Below, in pieces: positions 9,772 to 19,542 of a DNA stretch of 64,000 nt; the first letter of the stretch is position 1; every line of letters begins with the position of its first letter. A program made the position numbers and the translations under genes. This stretch comes from an uncultured Pseudomonadota bacterium (lineage in GTDB: Bacteria; Babelota; Babeliae; Babelales; JAUPTZ01): NCBI GenBank assembly GCA_964429275.1, contig CAYSBJ010000002.1:1-64000 (forward strand), in the 5' to 3' direction. The notes under the pieces were generated by a model. It was given only the letters and a program-made list of their open reading frames with translations, searched no databases and was not told where the DNA came from.

Positions 9772-10755
9772 ATGAAAACAAAGAAGTTCTTTTTTATCAG
9801 CAGCTTTATTGCTGTCGTTGTGGCTCTTATTGGCCTGCAACTTTCTACATCTAATACTCATTTACCACTTATCGCTATCGCTAACTACGGCCCGCATTCC
9901 TCTTTGGAGGCAACAATTACGGGCGTCAAGGAAGAATTGGCGCGGGGCGGTTTTATTGAAGGGAAAACGGTACGGTATGCGGTGGCCGATGTCGGTTTTG
10001 ATATCGCCTTGATTCCACAAATGCTGGTACAACTTAAGCGCCAACAGCCTAAACTTATGGTCGTATTGGCTACACCTCTGGCACAGTGTGCCAAAGGCAT
10101 GATAACCGATATCCCGCTCGTTTTTGCCGCCGTTACCGATCCGGTAGCAGCAGGGCTGTTAACGAGCCCGGTTGCCTCCTGCGGGAATGTAACCGGGAGT
10201 GCAGAAAAGCAAGATATGGCTGCCGTGCTGGATTTTGCGCGTGCGTTGTTGCCTGGTACGCAACGGGTTGGGGTGTTGTATGGTACCGGTGAGAGCAATG
10301 ACTGTGCCCTGGTGGAAATGATGCAAGAAGCGGCACAAGCGGCCGGGATGAAGGTACTGGCGGTGCCGGTTGATCAGGCACGTGATGTGCCGGTGCGTAT
10401 GCAGCAGCTCAAAAACAAAATTGATGTGCTTTATGTTGGCAGTAGCGGCCCTATTCAGCCGGCATTACCGATTATTGCCGGCATCGCCGATGAACTTGGT
10501 ATTCCAGTTATAAATGTTGATGAAGCAGCAGTGCGTGATGGTCTTGTGCTTGCCAGTTTTGGGGTTGATTTCAATCGAGTTGGCGCAAATGCCGGAAAGC
10601 TTGCGGCACAGATTCTCGAGGGGACCTCAGTAGTAGCCCTACCGCCGTTATACCCAACACTCCATGATCATAGAGGGCTCATTAATCGCCGACGAGCTGC
10701 TATGTTGGGGCTGACTGTTCCGCATGAGTTTAACGCTGTTACGTTGGTGGGATAG
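9772..10755 (+). CDS. ABC transporter substrate-binding protein (PF04392, TrpX-like aromatic amino-acid binding)
   Basis: N-terminal TM; HSSLE, IPLVFAAVTDPVAAGL..GNVTG motifs; likely ATG at 9772 within ORF 9757-10755. Confidence 0.88.
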   Translation: MKTKKFFFISSFIAVVVALIGLQLSTSNTHLPLIAIANYGPHSSLEATITGVKEELARGGFIEGKTVRYAVADVGFDIALIPQMLVQLKRQQPKLMVVLATPLAQCAKGMITDIPLVFAAVTDPVAAGLLTSPVASCGNVTGSAEKQDMAAVLDFARALLPGTQRVGVLYGTGESNDCALVEMMQEAAQAAGMKVLAVPVDQARDVPVRMQQLKNKIDVLYVGSSGPIQPALPIIAGIADELGIPVINVDEAAVRDGLVLASFGVDFNRVGANAGKLAAQILEGTSVVALPPLYPTLHDHRGLINRRRAAMLGLTVPHEFNAVTLVG

Positions 10756-10757
10756 TT

Positions 10758-11489
10758 ATGATTAAAATTACACAATTAACGAAGTCTTTTTCTGGGCAGG
10801 CAGTGCCGACGCTCAATGAGCTCAATTTGCAGGTCGCTTCCGGAGAATTTTGTGTGTTGCTCGGCACCAACGGCTCCGGTAAATCAACGCTAATGCGAGT
10901 GCTTTCTGGTGAATATATTGTTGACGCTGGCAGTCTACAGGTTGCGGGAGTTGACATGACACAGCAGGATCGTAGTTCTGTTATTGCTTCGGTGGTGCAA
11001 GATGTGAATGCGGGGACTATTGCCTCGCTGACGGTGCTTGAAAATATGGTGCTGAGTTTACGCCGAGGGAGTAAGGGGAGTTTCTCCTCGTATCAAAACG
11101 ATGCCGCGCGCATTGCCGCATTGATCGAAGGGCTTGGCGTTGGGCTTGAGCGCTTTTTACATCAGCCCATGTCTACTCTATCTGGTGGCCAACGACAAAT
11201 GATTGCCACGCTTATGGCGGTGCATTCTCAGCCGAAGGTATTGCTATTGGATGAACACACTGCTGCGCTGGACCCCAAAATGCAACAGATACTTATGGCG
11301 TATACGGCCCATGCCGTAGAGACCTATGAAATTACCACACTGATGGTGACCCATAAACTGGAGGATGCCGTGAAATATGGAGACCGCTTATTGATGCTTA
11401 AAAATGGTCGGATAGCCCTGGATGCTGCGGGGGCAGAAAAGAGGCGCCTAACGGTTCCTGAATTGCTACAACTGTTTAATGGCGGCTAA
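10758..11489 (+). CDS. ABC transporter ATP-binding protein (TrpZ-like)
   Basis: GTNGSGKST, LSGGQRQ, LLLDEHTAALDPK. Confidence 0.92.
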   Translation: MIKITQLTKSFSGQAVPTLNELNLQVASGEFCVLLGTNGSGKSTLMRVLSGEYIVDAGSLQVAGVDMTQQDRSSVIASVVQDVNAGTIASLTVLENMVLSLRRGSKGSFSSYQNDAARIAALIEGLGVGLERFLHQPMSTLSGGQRQMIATLMAVHSQPKVLLLDEHTAALDPKMQQILMAYTAHAVETYEITTLMVTHKLEDAVKYGDRLLMLKNGRIALDAAGAEKRRLTVPELLQLFNGG

Positions 11490-11497
11490 GCCGTAGG

Positions 11498-11599
11498 CGT
11501 CATTGCGAGGAACGTAGTGACGTGGCAATCCAGAGAAAAAAAGAATATTGTGTTTACCTGGATTGCCACGTCGCCTCTACGAGGCTTCTCGCAATGACG
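11498..11599. repeat. CGTC-ended composite palindromic element (REP/RPE-like), complete copy
   Basis: CGTCATTGCGAG...GACGTGGCAATCCAG--CTGGATTGCCACGTC...CTCGCAATGACG, with nested inverted repeats. Confidence 0.85.
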
Positions 11600-11647
11600 T
11601 GCTTTTAGCACGTCAAAAGATTCAACAAAAATTTAAAGGTACATCAT

Positions 11648-12484
11648 ATGATCATTGATTTATTAACGACGAGTCTCGTGCAAGGCCTTCTTCTTTCTTG
11701 TGTCGCGTGTGCCGTGATGATTTCGTTTCGCCTCTTGCATCTACAAGATATTACTGTGGAGGGGGCTTACCCTTTGGGCGGAGCTATTGCTGCGCAGTTA
11801 TTACTATGCGGTTACGCGCCGGGGATCGCCGTTTTAGGCGCCATGTTGGGCGGTGGCATGTTGGGGGTGCTGACTAGCCTGGTGCATTTGCGTTTAAAAA
11901 TACATGCATTATTAGCTGGTATTATCGTGAATACGATGGCGTATAGCGTTAGCTTGCGCATTATGGGAAAACCAAATCTTGCCTTGTTTAGTACGCGATC
12001 ACTTTTTGTGGGGAGTCAGACAGGTTCTATTTTTCTGTTGGCCCTTCTTATTGTCAGTATTACGATAGCACTATACGTTTTTTTGCAGACTGAGTATGGA
12101 CTGCGCCTGCGCGCTGTTGGGCTGCATCCAAGTTTTGCACGTCGTCAGGGGATTCCGGTTGCACAGTATATCTGCTTGGGCATGGGAATAGCCGGCATAC
12201 TTTCTGGTCTTGGCGGAAGTTTGATGGTGCAAATGCAGCGGTACATGGATATTGGTATGGGGGTTGGCGTGGTTATTCACGCTCTCGCAGCGCTTATGCT
12301 GGGCGAGGCGGTGATAGGGAGTAAACCAGTGCGGCAGATGTTACTCGCGCCGGTGATAGGAAGTTTGATTTATCAACAACTGCAGGGCCTTGCCTTTATG
12401 GCAGGGTTGATGCCATCTGATATTAAATTCTTTACCGGATTGCTCGTTTTGGCGGCAATTGCGGTTCGTCAACGAGAAGCGTAA
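11648..12484 (+). CDS. ABC transporter permease (TrpY-like)
   Basis: Polytopic; DITVEGAYPLGG, GLRLRAVG, DIGMGVG motifs. Confidence 0.88.
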   Translation: MIIDLLTTSLVQGLLLSCVACAVMISFRLLHLQDITVEGAYPLGGAIAAQLLLCGYAPGIAVLGAMLGGGMLGVLTSLVHLRLKIHALLAGIIVNTMAYSVSLRIMGKPNLALFSTRSLFVGSQTGSIFLLALLIVSITIALYVFLQTEYGLRLRAVGLHPSFARRQGIPVAQYICLGMGIAGILSGLGGSLMVQMQRYMDIGMGVGVVIHALAALMLGEAVIGSKPVRQMLLAPVIGSLIYQQLQGLAFMAGLMPSDIKFFTGLLVLAAIAVRQREA

Positions 12485-12560
12485 GGTGAGCGGGGTAGTA
12501 ATTACCGCTTTTTTCTGCTACTTTTTTGGCATCTTTTAAGCCGACGTAAGCCAGAAAGGG

Positions 12561-13496
12561 ATGTCGATGTTCGATTTGCGTGTACCAGTAGAAGTGCCGG
12601 GGGGGTCGTTGTATGGTCGTATTATTGGCCTCCAAGGCAAGCCGTTTGTAATACTTCATGGGGGGCCCGGCATGACACATGATTACTTTCTGCCTGATAT
12701 GCAAGCTCTGTGCCAGAGCGGCTACCAAATCTTCTTGTATGATCAGCGAGGTTGTGGTTATTCCAAAGAAAGTCTGACCAACCCTGATGCTATTAATATC
12801 GATACCTATATCAAAGACTTTGAAGCGTTCTGCGCTCGATTTGAGCTTAAAGACATTACGTTAATGGGACATTCTTGGGGTGGCCTTCTGGCCGTCCGCT
12901 GTGCTGCCGCCTATCCAAATCTGGTAACCAACTTAATTTTAGTAAATCCTATGCCTCTTTCTTCAGAAGGATATGCCGACTTTGTTGCAGAATGCACAAA
13001 GCGTCTTGAGCCGTATCAAGAAGAGCTGGGAATCGTACGGCGGTCGGATCAGTATCGCGAAGGTGAGGTTGAAGCGGCCAATCTTTATTATAGCCTTATT
13101 TTCCGAGCCTACTTTGCAAATCATAGAAAGATTGAAGGTTTGCGGTCGGTGCCGGAGTACAATAAGTTAATGGCGCCTAATTGGCAGAGGGTGGAAGAGA
13201 TTTTTAGGAACAATCTCATTTCAAAGCCATTTGATTTTCATGATGATCTCACTAAAATAACGGCGAACACGCTTTTTATTCATGGTGATTCTGATCCAAT
13301 TCCGCGCAAATGGATTGATAAAATGCGGGCGATGATGCCTGAATCGAAATTTCGCGAAATTGAAAAAGCTGGTCACTTTCCTTGGATTGAACAACCTTCT
13401 AAATTTTTTCTTTATGTACAAGTGTTCTTGGTCCAGGTGTCGATGGCGCAACAAGTTGCCCATTCAGAATTGGATGTTTCGGATCTTTCAGAGTAG
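12561..13496 (+). CDS. Alpha/beta hydrolase, proline iminopeptidase-like
   Basis: LHGGPG, YDQRGCG, GHSWGG nucleophile, GHFPW. Confidence 0.88.
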   Translation: MSMFDLRVPVEVPGGSLYGRIIGLQGKPFVILHGGPGMTHDYFLPDMQALCQSGYQIFLYDQRGCGYSKESLTNPDAINIDTYIKDFEAFCARFELKDITLMGHSWGGLLAVRCAAAYPNLVTNLILVNPMPLSSEGYADFVAECTKRLEPYQEELGIVRRSDQYREGEVEAANLYYSLIFRAYFANHRKIEGLRSVPEYNKLMAPNWQRVEEIFRNNLISKPFDFHDDLTKITANTLFIHGDSDPIPRKWIDKMRAMMPESKFREIEKAGHFPWIEQPSKFFLYVQVFLVQVSMAQQVAHSELDVSDLSE

Positions 13497-13505
13497 GAGT
13501 CTGCT

Positions 13506-14927
13506 ATGGTTTTTGTAAGAATGGTGCGAATAGTAGTGTTGGCAAGTATGGCAATGGCGCTTTCAGTGGGGGCACAGTCCCCGCGTGTAGTGGTCGTGGG
13601 AGCCGGCATTGCCGGACTAACCACTGCATACCGATTGCAGCAAAAAGGAATTGATGTACAAGTATATGAAGCGCGTGGCCGTGTGGGCGGTCGCGTTCTT
13701 TCGGCAACAATTGGTGGCATGCCAATTGAACTTGGTGGCCATAATCTTGCAGATGGCGGTGATGCAGATAATTTGTATCAACTTATTAGTGAAATGGGCC
13801 TTGATTTAGTGACGCGCAGTATGCCGTTAAATGAGGCCTATTTTGATGGGCAGAACCTTGTTTCTTTATTGCAGTTATTGGATGCAAAGAAATTTGATCC
13901 CCTCTCGTTGCAAATTCAATTAACCGATCTTGCGATGAATGCCTTAAATATGCGTGAAGTACTTGATGGTGTGATACCAAAAGATGATCTGTTGAACAGT
14001 ATTTTGGCGACCCGTTTGGCTGCGTATGAGGGGGCGCCAGTTGAGCAACTTTCACCATGGTATACCGAGACGTTATATCACATACTGCTGGGTGGTCTTG
14101 CTGCAGCGCGCCCTGCAAACGAGAATGTGACGCAACAAGTAACGGTGAGTGGTGGTAACAGCTTATTGTTACAAAAAATGGCACAAGCACTGGGCGATCG
14201 CGTGCATTTGAACAGTGCGTTAACAGCGGTGTTAACCAATCCTGACAAAACAATGACGTTAACGTTTAACAGTGCATCACAGGTGTCGGCTGATATTGTG
14301 GTGCTTGCGCTTCCCTGTTCACTGTACGGCGGTATTACGTTTGATGCGGCAACATTGCCGGCTGATCGGGTGCAGGCTATTTCTCAAGTGAGCTATACGA
14401 CGAACGCCAAAGTATTAGTTCCCTTTTCCCCATCGCTTGTCAGTAGTAGTGGCGATGTCGTGGGCGATGGCATTGTAAGCGTTATCGACGCGCAACATGG
14501 CCTGGTAACGACCTATGTAACCGGAATGCATGGCTTGTTTACGCCAGAAACGATATATGATGTGTATACGAATATTCGGCCGCTTATGAGTGCCGCGCTT
14601 GTTGATGTGTGTCCACCAGCAGTCGTGCCGGTATATGCGCAGGATATGCAAAACATGGCGTATACAGGGCCGGTTGGGTACAGCTGGGTAAACGATCCTT
14701 GGGTGCGCGGTTCGTATTCCTATGTTGCGGCTGGCCATGAGACGATGTTTGCAATGATTACTGAAGTCGCCGGCGAGCCGGTGAAAGCGCTCTTTACACC
14801 GGTGCATAACAAAGTTTATTTTGCGGGTGAACATGCCTCGGTGCTTATGGATGCGACCGGGACAATGGAGGCTGCATGTGAGTCTGGGGAGCGAACCGCG
14901 AGAATGATTTTGAAGGCTATTTTGTGA
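13506..14927 (+). CDS. Flavin monoamine/L-amino-acid oxidase family protein
   Basis: VVVVGAGIAGL, EARGRVGGR, W..DPWVRGSY, FAGEH, GTMEAACESG; N-terminal signal-like segment. Confidence 0.88.
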   Translation: MVFVRMVRIVVLASMAMALSVGAQSPRVVVVGAGIAGLTTAYRLQQKGIDVQVYEARGRVGGRVLSATIGGMPIELGGHNLADGGDADNLYQLISEMGLDLVTRSMPLNEAYFDGQNLVSLLQLLDAKKFDPLSLQIQLTDLAMNALNMREVLDGVIPKDDLLNSILATRLAAYEGAPVEQLSPWYTETLYHILLGGLAAARPANENVTQQVTVSGGNSLLLQKMAQALGDRVHLNSALTAVLTNPDKTMTLTFNSASQVSADIVVLALPCSLYGGITFDAATLPADRVQAISQVSYTTNAKVLVPFSPSLVSSSGDVVGDGIVSVIDAQHGLVTTYVTGMHGLFTPETIYDVYTNIRPLMSAALVDVCPPAVVPVYAQDMQNMAYTGPVGYSWVNDPWVRGSYSYVAAGHETMFAMITEVAGEPVKALFTPVHNKVYFAGEHASVLMDATGTMEAACESGERTARMILKAIL

Positions 14928-14940
14928 TTGTGAGTGTTAA

Positions 14941-15480
14941 ATGAAAGTATTAGAAACAGAACGCCTTATTTTGCGTACATGGCGTGAGGCGGACATCGAG
15001 CCGTACCTTGCCATCAACCAAGATCCCAGCGTTTTTGAATGGGGGGCAGGCGTCCCAATGACGCGTGAGCGTGTTGAAACATTTATTGCTGATATGAACA
15101 AAGGATTTGCTGTTGATCGCTTTTCTGCATTTGCAGTGGAAGAGAAATCGTCTGGCAAACTTATTGGATTTGTTGGTATTTCCAGGGTCCCATGGGAATC
15201 GCATTTTACTCCCGCTATTGAAATTGGCTGGCGGCTTGCCTCATCTTCATGGGGCAAGGGCTATGCAACTGAGGCGGCACGCGCGGTGTTGAAGTATGCA
15301 TTTGAAGTGTTGCAGCTGGATGAAGTTGTGTCATTCACGTCACCGCTGAATGTACGTTCACTAAGGGTGATGGAAAAAATTGGTTTGACGCGTGATATGA
15401 AGGGTGATTTTAATCATCCGCGGTTAGGAGCGGATCATCCTCTCTTGCAGCATGTTCTGTATCGTGTACGACGGCCGTAG
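14941..15480 (+). CDS. GNAT acetyltransferase (RimJ/RimL family)
   Basis: ETERLILR, EIGWRL, WGKGYATEAA, N.RSLRVMEKIG. Confidence 0.9.
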   Translation: MKVLETERLILRTWREADIEPYLAINQDPSVFEWGAGVPMTRERVETFIADMNKGFAVDRFSAFAVEEKSSGKLIGFVGISRVPWESHFTPAIEIGWRLASSSWGKGYATEAARAVLKYAFEVLQLDEVVSFTSPLNVRSLRVMEKIGLTRDMKGDFNHPRLGADHPLLQHVLYRVRRP

Positions 15481-16312
15481 CCATTGGGACTGATTTTGCA
15501 GTTGCTGACTCAAAGGCTTGGCGCAGTGCTATCTCTGCGGGAGACGCTTCTCCAAATTTTGCTTCTATTGACTCGTGTATGACATCAAGAGGCTTTCTTC
15601 CTCTACTATCAAGCGCATGTAAATTGGCGCCCCTCTTTACTAAGACATGCAGCGTTCCTATTGGATCATTGTTCATGTCGTGTTGTGACGGACGGTCTTT
15701 GTCCTGATGATTGTATGTTGTCGCAAGCATGTGCAGAGGCGTAGCGTTTTCTATATAAGCCCTTGCATGTACATTTGCTCCTCCTTTGATCAAACAGTTT
15801 GCGGTTATTGCCATGCCATGAAGCGCTGCGATGTGGAGTGCAGTCAGCCCATGTTCGTTTGCTAGATTAGCTCGGGCGCCGGCTTCGAGATAGAGTTGTG
15901 TGTCGAATTCAGTAATAGTTGTTATGTTCTTTATGAGAAAACAAGGATCGAGCGAAATACGGTTCTTAAATATCGGGTTGCCAAAATGTCGCAGTGCATA
16001 CCGTAAGAACACAAAAATTTGGGGATACACTATGCTCGTTGCGCGTTGCTGAAAACTGAGTATTTCTCCCATCTTCTCTTCAAGAAAGTCTGTCAGATCT
16101 GAACCAACTACGTGGTTAAGGAGCGGAGTCTTTTTTTTGAGCATGTAACAGGCTTTTATGGCAGCCTCTCGTGTAGTTATTGGGAGTTTGGTTGCAGCAT
16201 CTATAATGAGTATGTCTTCATTAGCTCTACTCATGTCTGCCGCAAAACTTGAGCGGGTGGGAAGAAGGATACTGCCGCAGAGGAGGAGCAACAATGAGAT
16301 TTTTTTATTCAT
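15410..16312 (-). CDS. Secreted ankyrin-repeat protein
   Basis: Signal peptide; GLTALHIAA, ATPLHMLA, GANVHA. Confidence 0.85.
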   Translation of the reverse strand: MNKKISLLLLLCGSILLPTRSSFAADMSRANEDILIIDAATKLPITTREAAIKACYMLKKKTPLLNHVVGSDLTDFLEEKMGEILSFQQRATSIVYPQIFVFLRYALRHFGNPIFKNRISLDPCFLIKNITTITEFDTQLYLEAGARANLANEHGLTALHIAALHGMAITANCLIKGGANVHARAYIENATPLHMLATTYNHQDKDRPSQHDMNNDPIGTLHVLVKRGANLHALDSRGRKPLDVIHESIEAKFGEASPAEIALRQAFESATAKSVPMATAVVHDTEHAAREDDPLLTADD

Positions 16313-16424
16313 GAAAGCCCCTGTTCATTTGTGATTTATGGGGTGATCGTACCGCCCATTTTTCATTCTGTGAGCTAAAGTTAAAATGCTTCGAAATGTT
16401 GATTCTAGAGACGTGCTGTTGGCA

Positions 16425-16573
16425 CGTCATCCGCCGCTGCACCTCTGGTGCTATGGCGTGACACGCCGTAGTATCGAAGGCGGTTGCGAGCCGCTTTGGG
16501 CGTGGCAATCCATAGACTTGTCTGGTATATGCATAACATGGATTGCTTCGTCACTAGGTTTCTCGCAATGACG
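16425..16573. repeat. CGTC palindromic element interrupted by nested hairpin modules A+B
   Basis: CGTCA[tccgcc..gtgaca cgccgtagtatcgaaggcgg]TTGCGAG...GCAATCCAT--ATGGATTGC...CTCGCAATGACG. Confidence 0.8.
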
Positions 16574-16610
16574 ACTGCGTCGTCCATTAAATTGAATTGC
16601 GTTGACTATA

Positions 16611-16681
16611 AATGTTACATACGGTGTAACCTTTGGCTCATATCATACCGGTTTTGGAGGGATTAAGCCAATACATAGGGG
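16611..16681 (-). promoter_or_regulatory. Orphan copy of the AbiE operon promoter/operator region
   Basis: Similar to 22274-22345, including GTTACA-N5-TGTAAC and the TATGAT -10 on the minus strand. Confidence 0.6.
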
Positions 16682-16708
16682 TGGACTGGTGTGGACTCCC
16701 ATACAGCC

Positions 16709-19267
16709 TTATGCTTCGGCGCCCGCTGTTTTGAGCAGCGCAAAAAGTTCGCTTGCATCAGTCTGGCCTTCTTTTTGAGCGGCTTCATCAAGAAGCGCCT
16801 TATTTTTCATGGCAAGCCTGTATGGTGTATCGCCTTTTTTGTTCAAAGCATCTTTCTTAGCGCCAGCAGCGAGAAGCTTTTGGGCAATGGCGAGAATCTG
16901 TGAATAGGAACCACTGATAAAATCATAGTCGTCGTGTGTTTTTGGCTTTACCGTACGATGCAATGGGGTGTCTTGTACTGACCATGAATGCTGATTGACA
17001 TCGGCGCCGTATTTAAGAAGCATCGTTACTGCTTCTACATTTCCGTCATGAGCAGCAATGGACAATGGCGTTTTTATAACCTTCTTTGGCGTGATGTTTG
17101 GGTCTGCGCTATACGTATCCAAGAGGAGAGAGAGCATGCTTGTGTCATACGTTCTTTCATAGTCTGACAGGCTAATCGAGAGCGCAGCAGTGAGAGCGGT
17201 GTCATAGTTTCCTTGCATATTTACGTCAGCGTTCTTTTCCATAATAGCTTGTACCAACGAGGTAGCCCGTGCTAAATTGCTGTTGCCACTTTTTACCGCT
17301 GTAACAAGCAGTAGGTTCCCCTCACCGTCGGTTTTGTTGACGTCATCAATATAGTCAAGAAGTGTTGTTGCTAAATCAAAGTCTTGCTTTTGGCTAAGCG
17401 CGTATACAAAGAGATCGGCTGCGATTGGGTTAATGTCGCTGGGTAGCCGGACACCGGATTTTAATAAATCATATACAACAGATTCTCCTTTTTTTTCTTT
17501 GATTTTCAGCAATTCTTTTGGATTTATATTATAAAGATCTATTGATATGCCACGATGTGCAAAGGCCCTCGTTAAATCTTTGCCCCATGATTGAAATTTC
17601 CCATATCCAGCAATTATAACTTGCGAAACAAGATCGTGCGTTTTTGTATCGACGTGAGCGTTTCTAACGAGTAAAGTTACAATAATCTCCTTGGTTTCTT
17701 CGTTCATATTTGTGATTGCGTTTTGCATGGCAAGCGCAAGTGCGGTGTTGCCATCATTATCTTGTGTATCTATATCTATACCATTTAATTGAATGACCTT
17801 ATCAGCTCCGTGGGCGCTGCTATTTTTCACAAGATCCATTAGCGCTGTTCGTCCGTTTTGATCCCTAGCATTTACGTTGATGCCCAATTTATTTACTAGG
17901 TCTTGTAGGAAGTCGACTGATTGCCTGAGGTTTTGCTTAACGAGATTGACCACATGCGATTGCTGACGTGCTTCACTTACGCGTGCGCCTAGTGATTGTA
18001 ATCCCTTCGCCATGACGTACCGACTCAACTCTAAGGCGGCATCAAGTTTATTATTCAGTTCTTCTTGCTCTTTTGTTGTTAATGGCGATCGGTTAAGAGC
18101 AAGGATTGCTTCGGCTTCGGTGCGGTCGAATCTTTCCCAGTTGGTAGCCTCCATAAATTTTTTGTGGAGAATCTCTTGCAGTTCCTCTTCGTTGCCGCCG
18201 AGTGCTCGGTACTTAGCCACATCAGCGCTGTTGATTTGATCTGCATAACGCATGTTGCGCAGCAAATCGGTTGCCTCTTCTTCTGCTTTTGTAGCCTCTT
18301 TCTTCTGCTGTTCTGCTTGGAAAGGAGCGCGTATTTGTGCCATGAGTTCTCTTCGTGCATTACGTTGGTCAGTTCCATAAGCGCGTTCGTGGGCAAAGGG
18401 GTCTACATGCGTCATGAGTTGGTCGACGCGGCCGGGGTTAATAGAGGCGTCGGTATTTAGAGCTCTTTCCAAAATTCTTATGGTTGCTTCACTGTCGTTA
18501 AAGCCGCGGGTTCGGTTATTCTCTTTTTCTCGCTGTATTTTCTCACGTATGGTGCGCAGCAAATCGGTTGCCTCTTCTTCTGCTTTTGTAGCCTCTTTCT
18601 TCTGCTGTTCTGCTTGGAAAGGAGCGCGTATTTGTGCCATGAGTTCTCTTCGTGCATTACGTTGGTCAGTTCCATAAGCGCGTTCGTGGGCAAAGGGGTC
18701 TACATGCGTCATGAGTTGGTCGACGCGGCCGGGGTTAATAGAGGCGTCGGTATTTAGAGCTCTTTCCAAAATTCTTATGGTTGCTTCACTGTCGTTAAAG
18801 CCGCGGGTTCGGTTATTCTCTTTTTCTCGCTGTATTTCCTCCTGTAGAGTCAGCTGAGTGCTTGCCGGCTCGTGAGCTTCTTTGCCGATGCTCGACGATC
18901 CGAATTTTCCACGAACAGATGTTGAGTTATTAGTGTCGTAAAATTCTTTTGCCAGAAGGGTTGCGCTTGCGAGTGTGCCGAGAGCGTGGAGGATGAGACG
19001 GAGCCGTGTTTTGCCCAGCTGTGCCTTGACTTCCATGAACTCTTCCCGTGCTTCTTCATAGGCTGCTTTGTTTCTAGGGCTTGGAAACTCTTCAAGTTGT
19101 TGCTCTAATTCCTGCATCTCCCGCCAGGCACTGAGGAATTTATACCCAAAACCACCAACGCCGAGGACGCCCAGCGCCGTCATGGGGTTGCTTCGTGCGG
19201 GGAGAGAATGGGGAGTGGAAACGGTACTAGTGGCGATAGCGGCTAGTATTAGGTAGATTTTTTTCAT
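16709..19267 (-). CDS. Ankyrin-repeat protein, paralogue 1 (signal peptide, TM-coil-TM, 99-aa tandem repeat)
   Basis: GRTALM, GNTALALA, TPLSIAA, DTPLH ankyrin motifs. Confidence 0.9.
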   Translation of the reverse strand: MKKIYLILAAIATSTVSTPHSLPARSNPMTALGVLGVGGFGYKFLSAWREMQELEQQLEEFPSPRNKAAYEEAREEFMEVKAQLGKTRLRLILHALGTLASATLLAKEFYDTNNSTSVRGKFGSSSIGKEAHEPASTQLTLQEEIQREKENNRTRGFNDSEATIRILERALNTDASINPGRVDQLMTHVDPFAHERAYGTDQRNARRELMAQIRAPFQAEQQKKEATKAEEEATDLLRTIREKIQREKENNRTRGFNDSEATIRILERALNTDASINPGRVDQLMTHVDPFAHERAYGTDQRNARRELMAQIRAPFQAEQQKKEATKAEEEATDLLRNMRYADQINSADVAKYRALGGNEEELQEILHKKFMEATNWERFDRTEAEAILALNRSPLTTKEQEELNNKLDAALELSRYVMAKGLQSLGARVSEARQQSHVVNLVKQNLRQSVDFLQDLVNKLGINVNARDQNGRTALMDLVKNSSAHGADKVIQLNGIDIDTQDNDGNTALALAMQNAITNMNEETKEIIVTLLVRNAHVDTKTHDLVSQVIIAGYGKFQSWGKDLTRAFAHRGISIDLYNINPKELLKIKEKKGESVVYDLLKSGVRLPSDINPIAADLFVYALSQKQDFDLATTLLDYIDDVNKTDGEGNLLLVTAVKSGNSNLARATSLVQAIMEKNADVNMQGNYDTALTAALSISLSDYERTYDTSMLSLLLDTYSADPNITPKKVIKTPLSIAAHDGNVEAVTMLLKYGADVNQHSWSVQDTPLHRTVKPKTHDDYDFISGSYSQILAIAQKLLAAGAKKDALNKKGDTPYRLAMKNKALLDEAAQKEGQTDASELFALLKTAGAEA
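18256..18837. repeat. In-frame tandem duplication, 297-bp period (285 bp identical)
   Basis: 18256-18540 matches 18553-18837; protein repeat IQREKENNRT...DLLR. Confidence 0.92.
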
Positions 19268-19471
19268 GAATACTCCGGGAATCTAGATATATTTTATGTT
19301 TCTAATTGTATCAGCCGGGGGAGAGGTGGGCAAGAGATTGGTGGTTTCGCTCAGGAAATTTCAGGATCCCACTATGCGTGTATATGCGGAGCGGTGAGCC
19401 AGGTGAGAAGGAGCGGGAAGTGTGATAGAAGTATGTAGTTAAAAAATGTTGGAGGAGAAGGTTTTTTCGTG

Positions 19472-19514
19472 AATCGTGTCGATTTAGTAGCGCCAGTACT
19501 AAATCGACACGATT
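19472..19514. repeat. 18-bp perfect inverted repeat, copy of the Fic-upstream palindrome
   Basis: AATCGTGTCGATTTAGTA-N7-TACTAAATCGACACGATT; also at 25841-25881. Confidence 0.85.
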
Positions 19515-19542
19515 TTCTTCAAGCAGTTAACTTTCGTTGGCC

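Noticed and set aside
15410..15480. Convergent 3' overlaps (GNAT/ankyrin; Fic/DUF2608-like at 27106-27173)
   Set aside because: Short tail overlaps are common after stop-codon drift; no evidence of function
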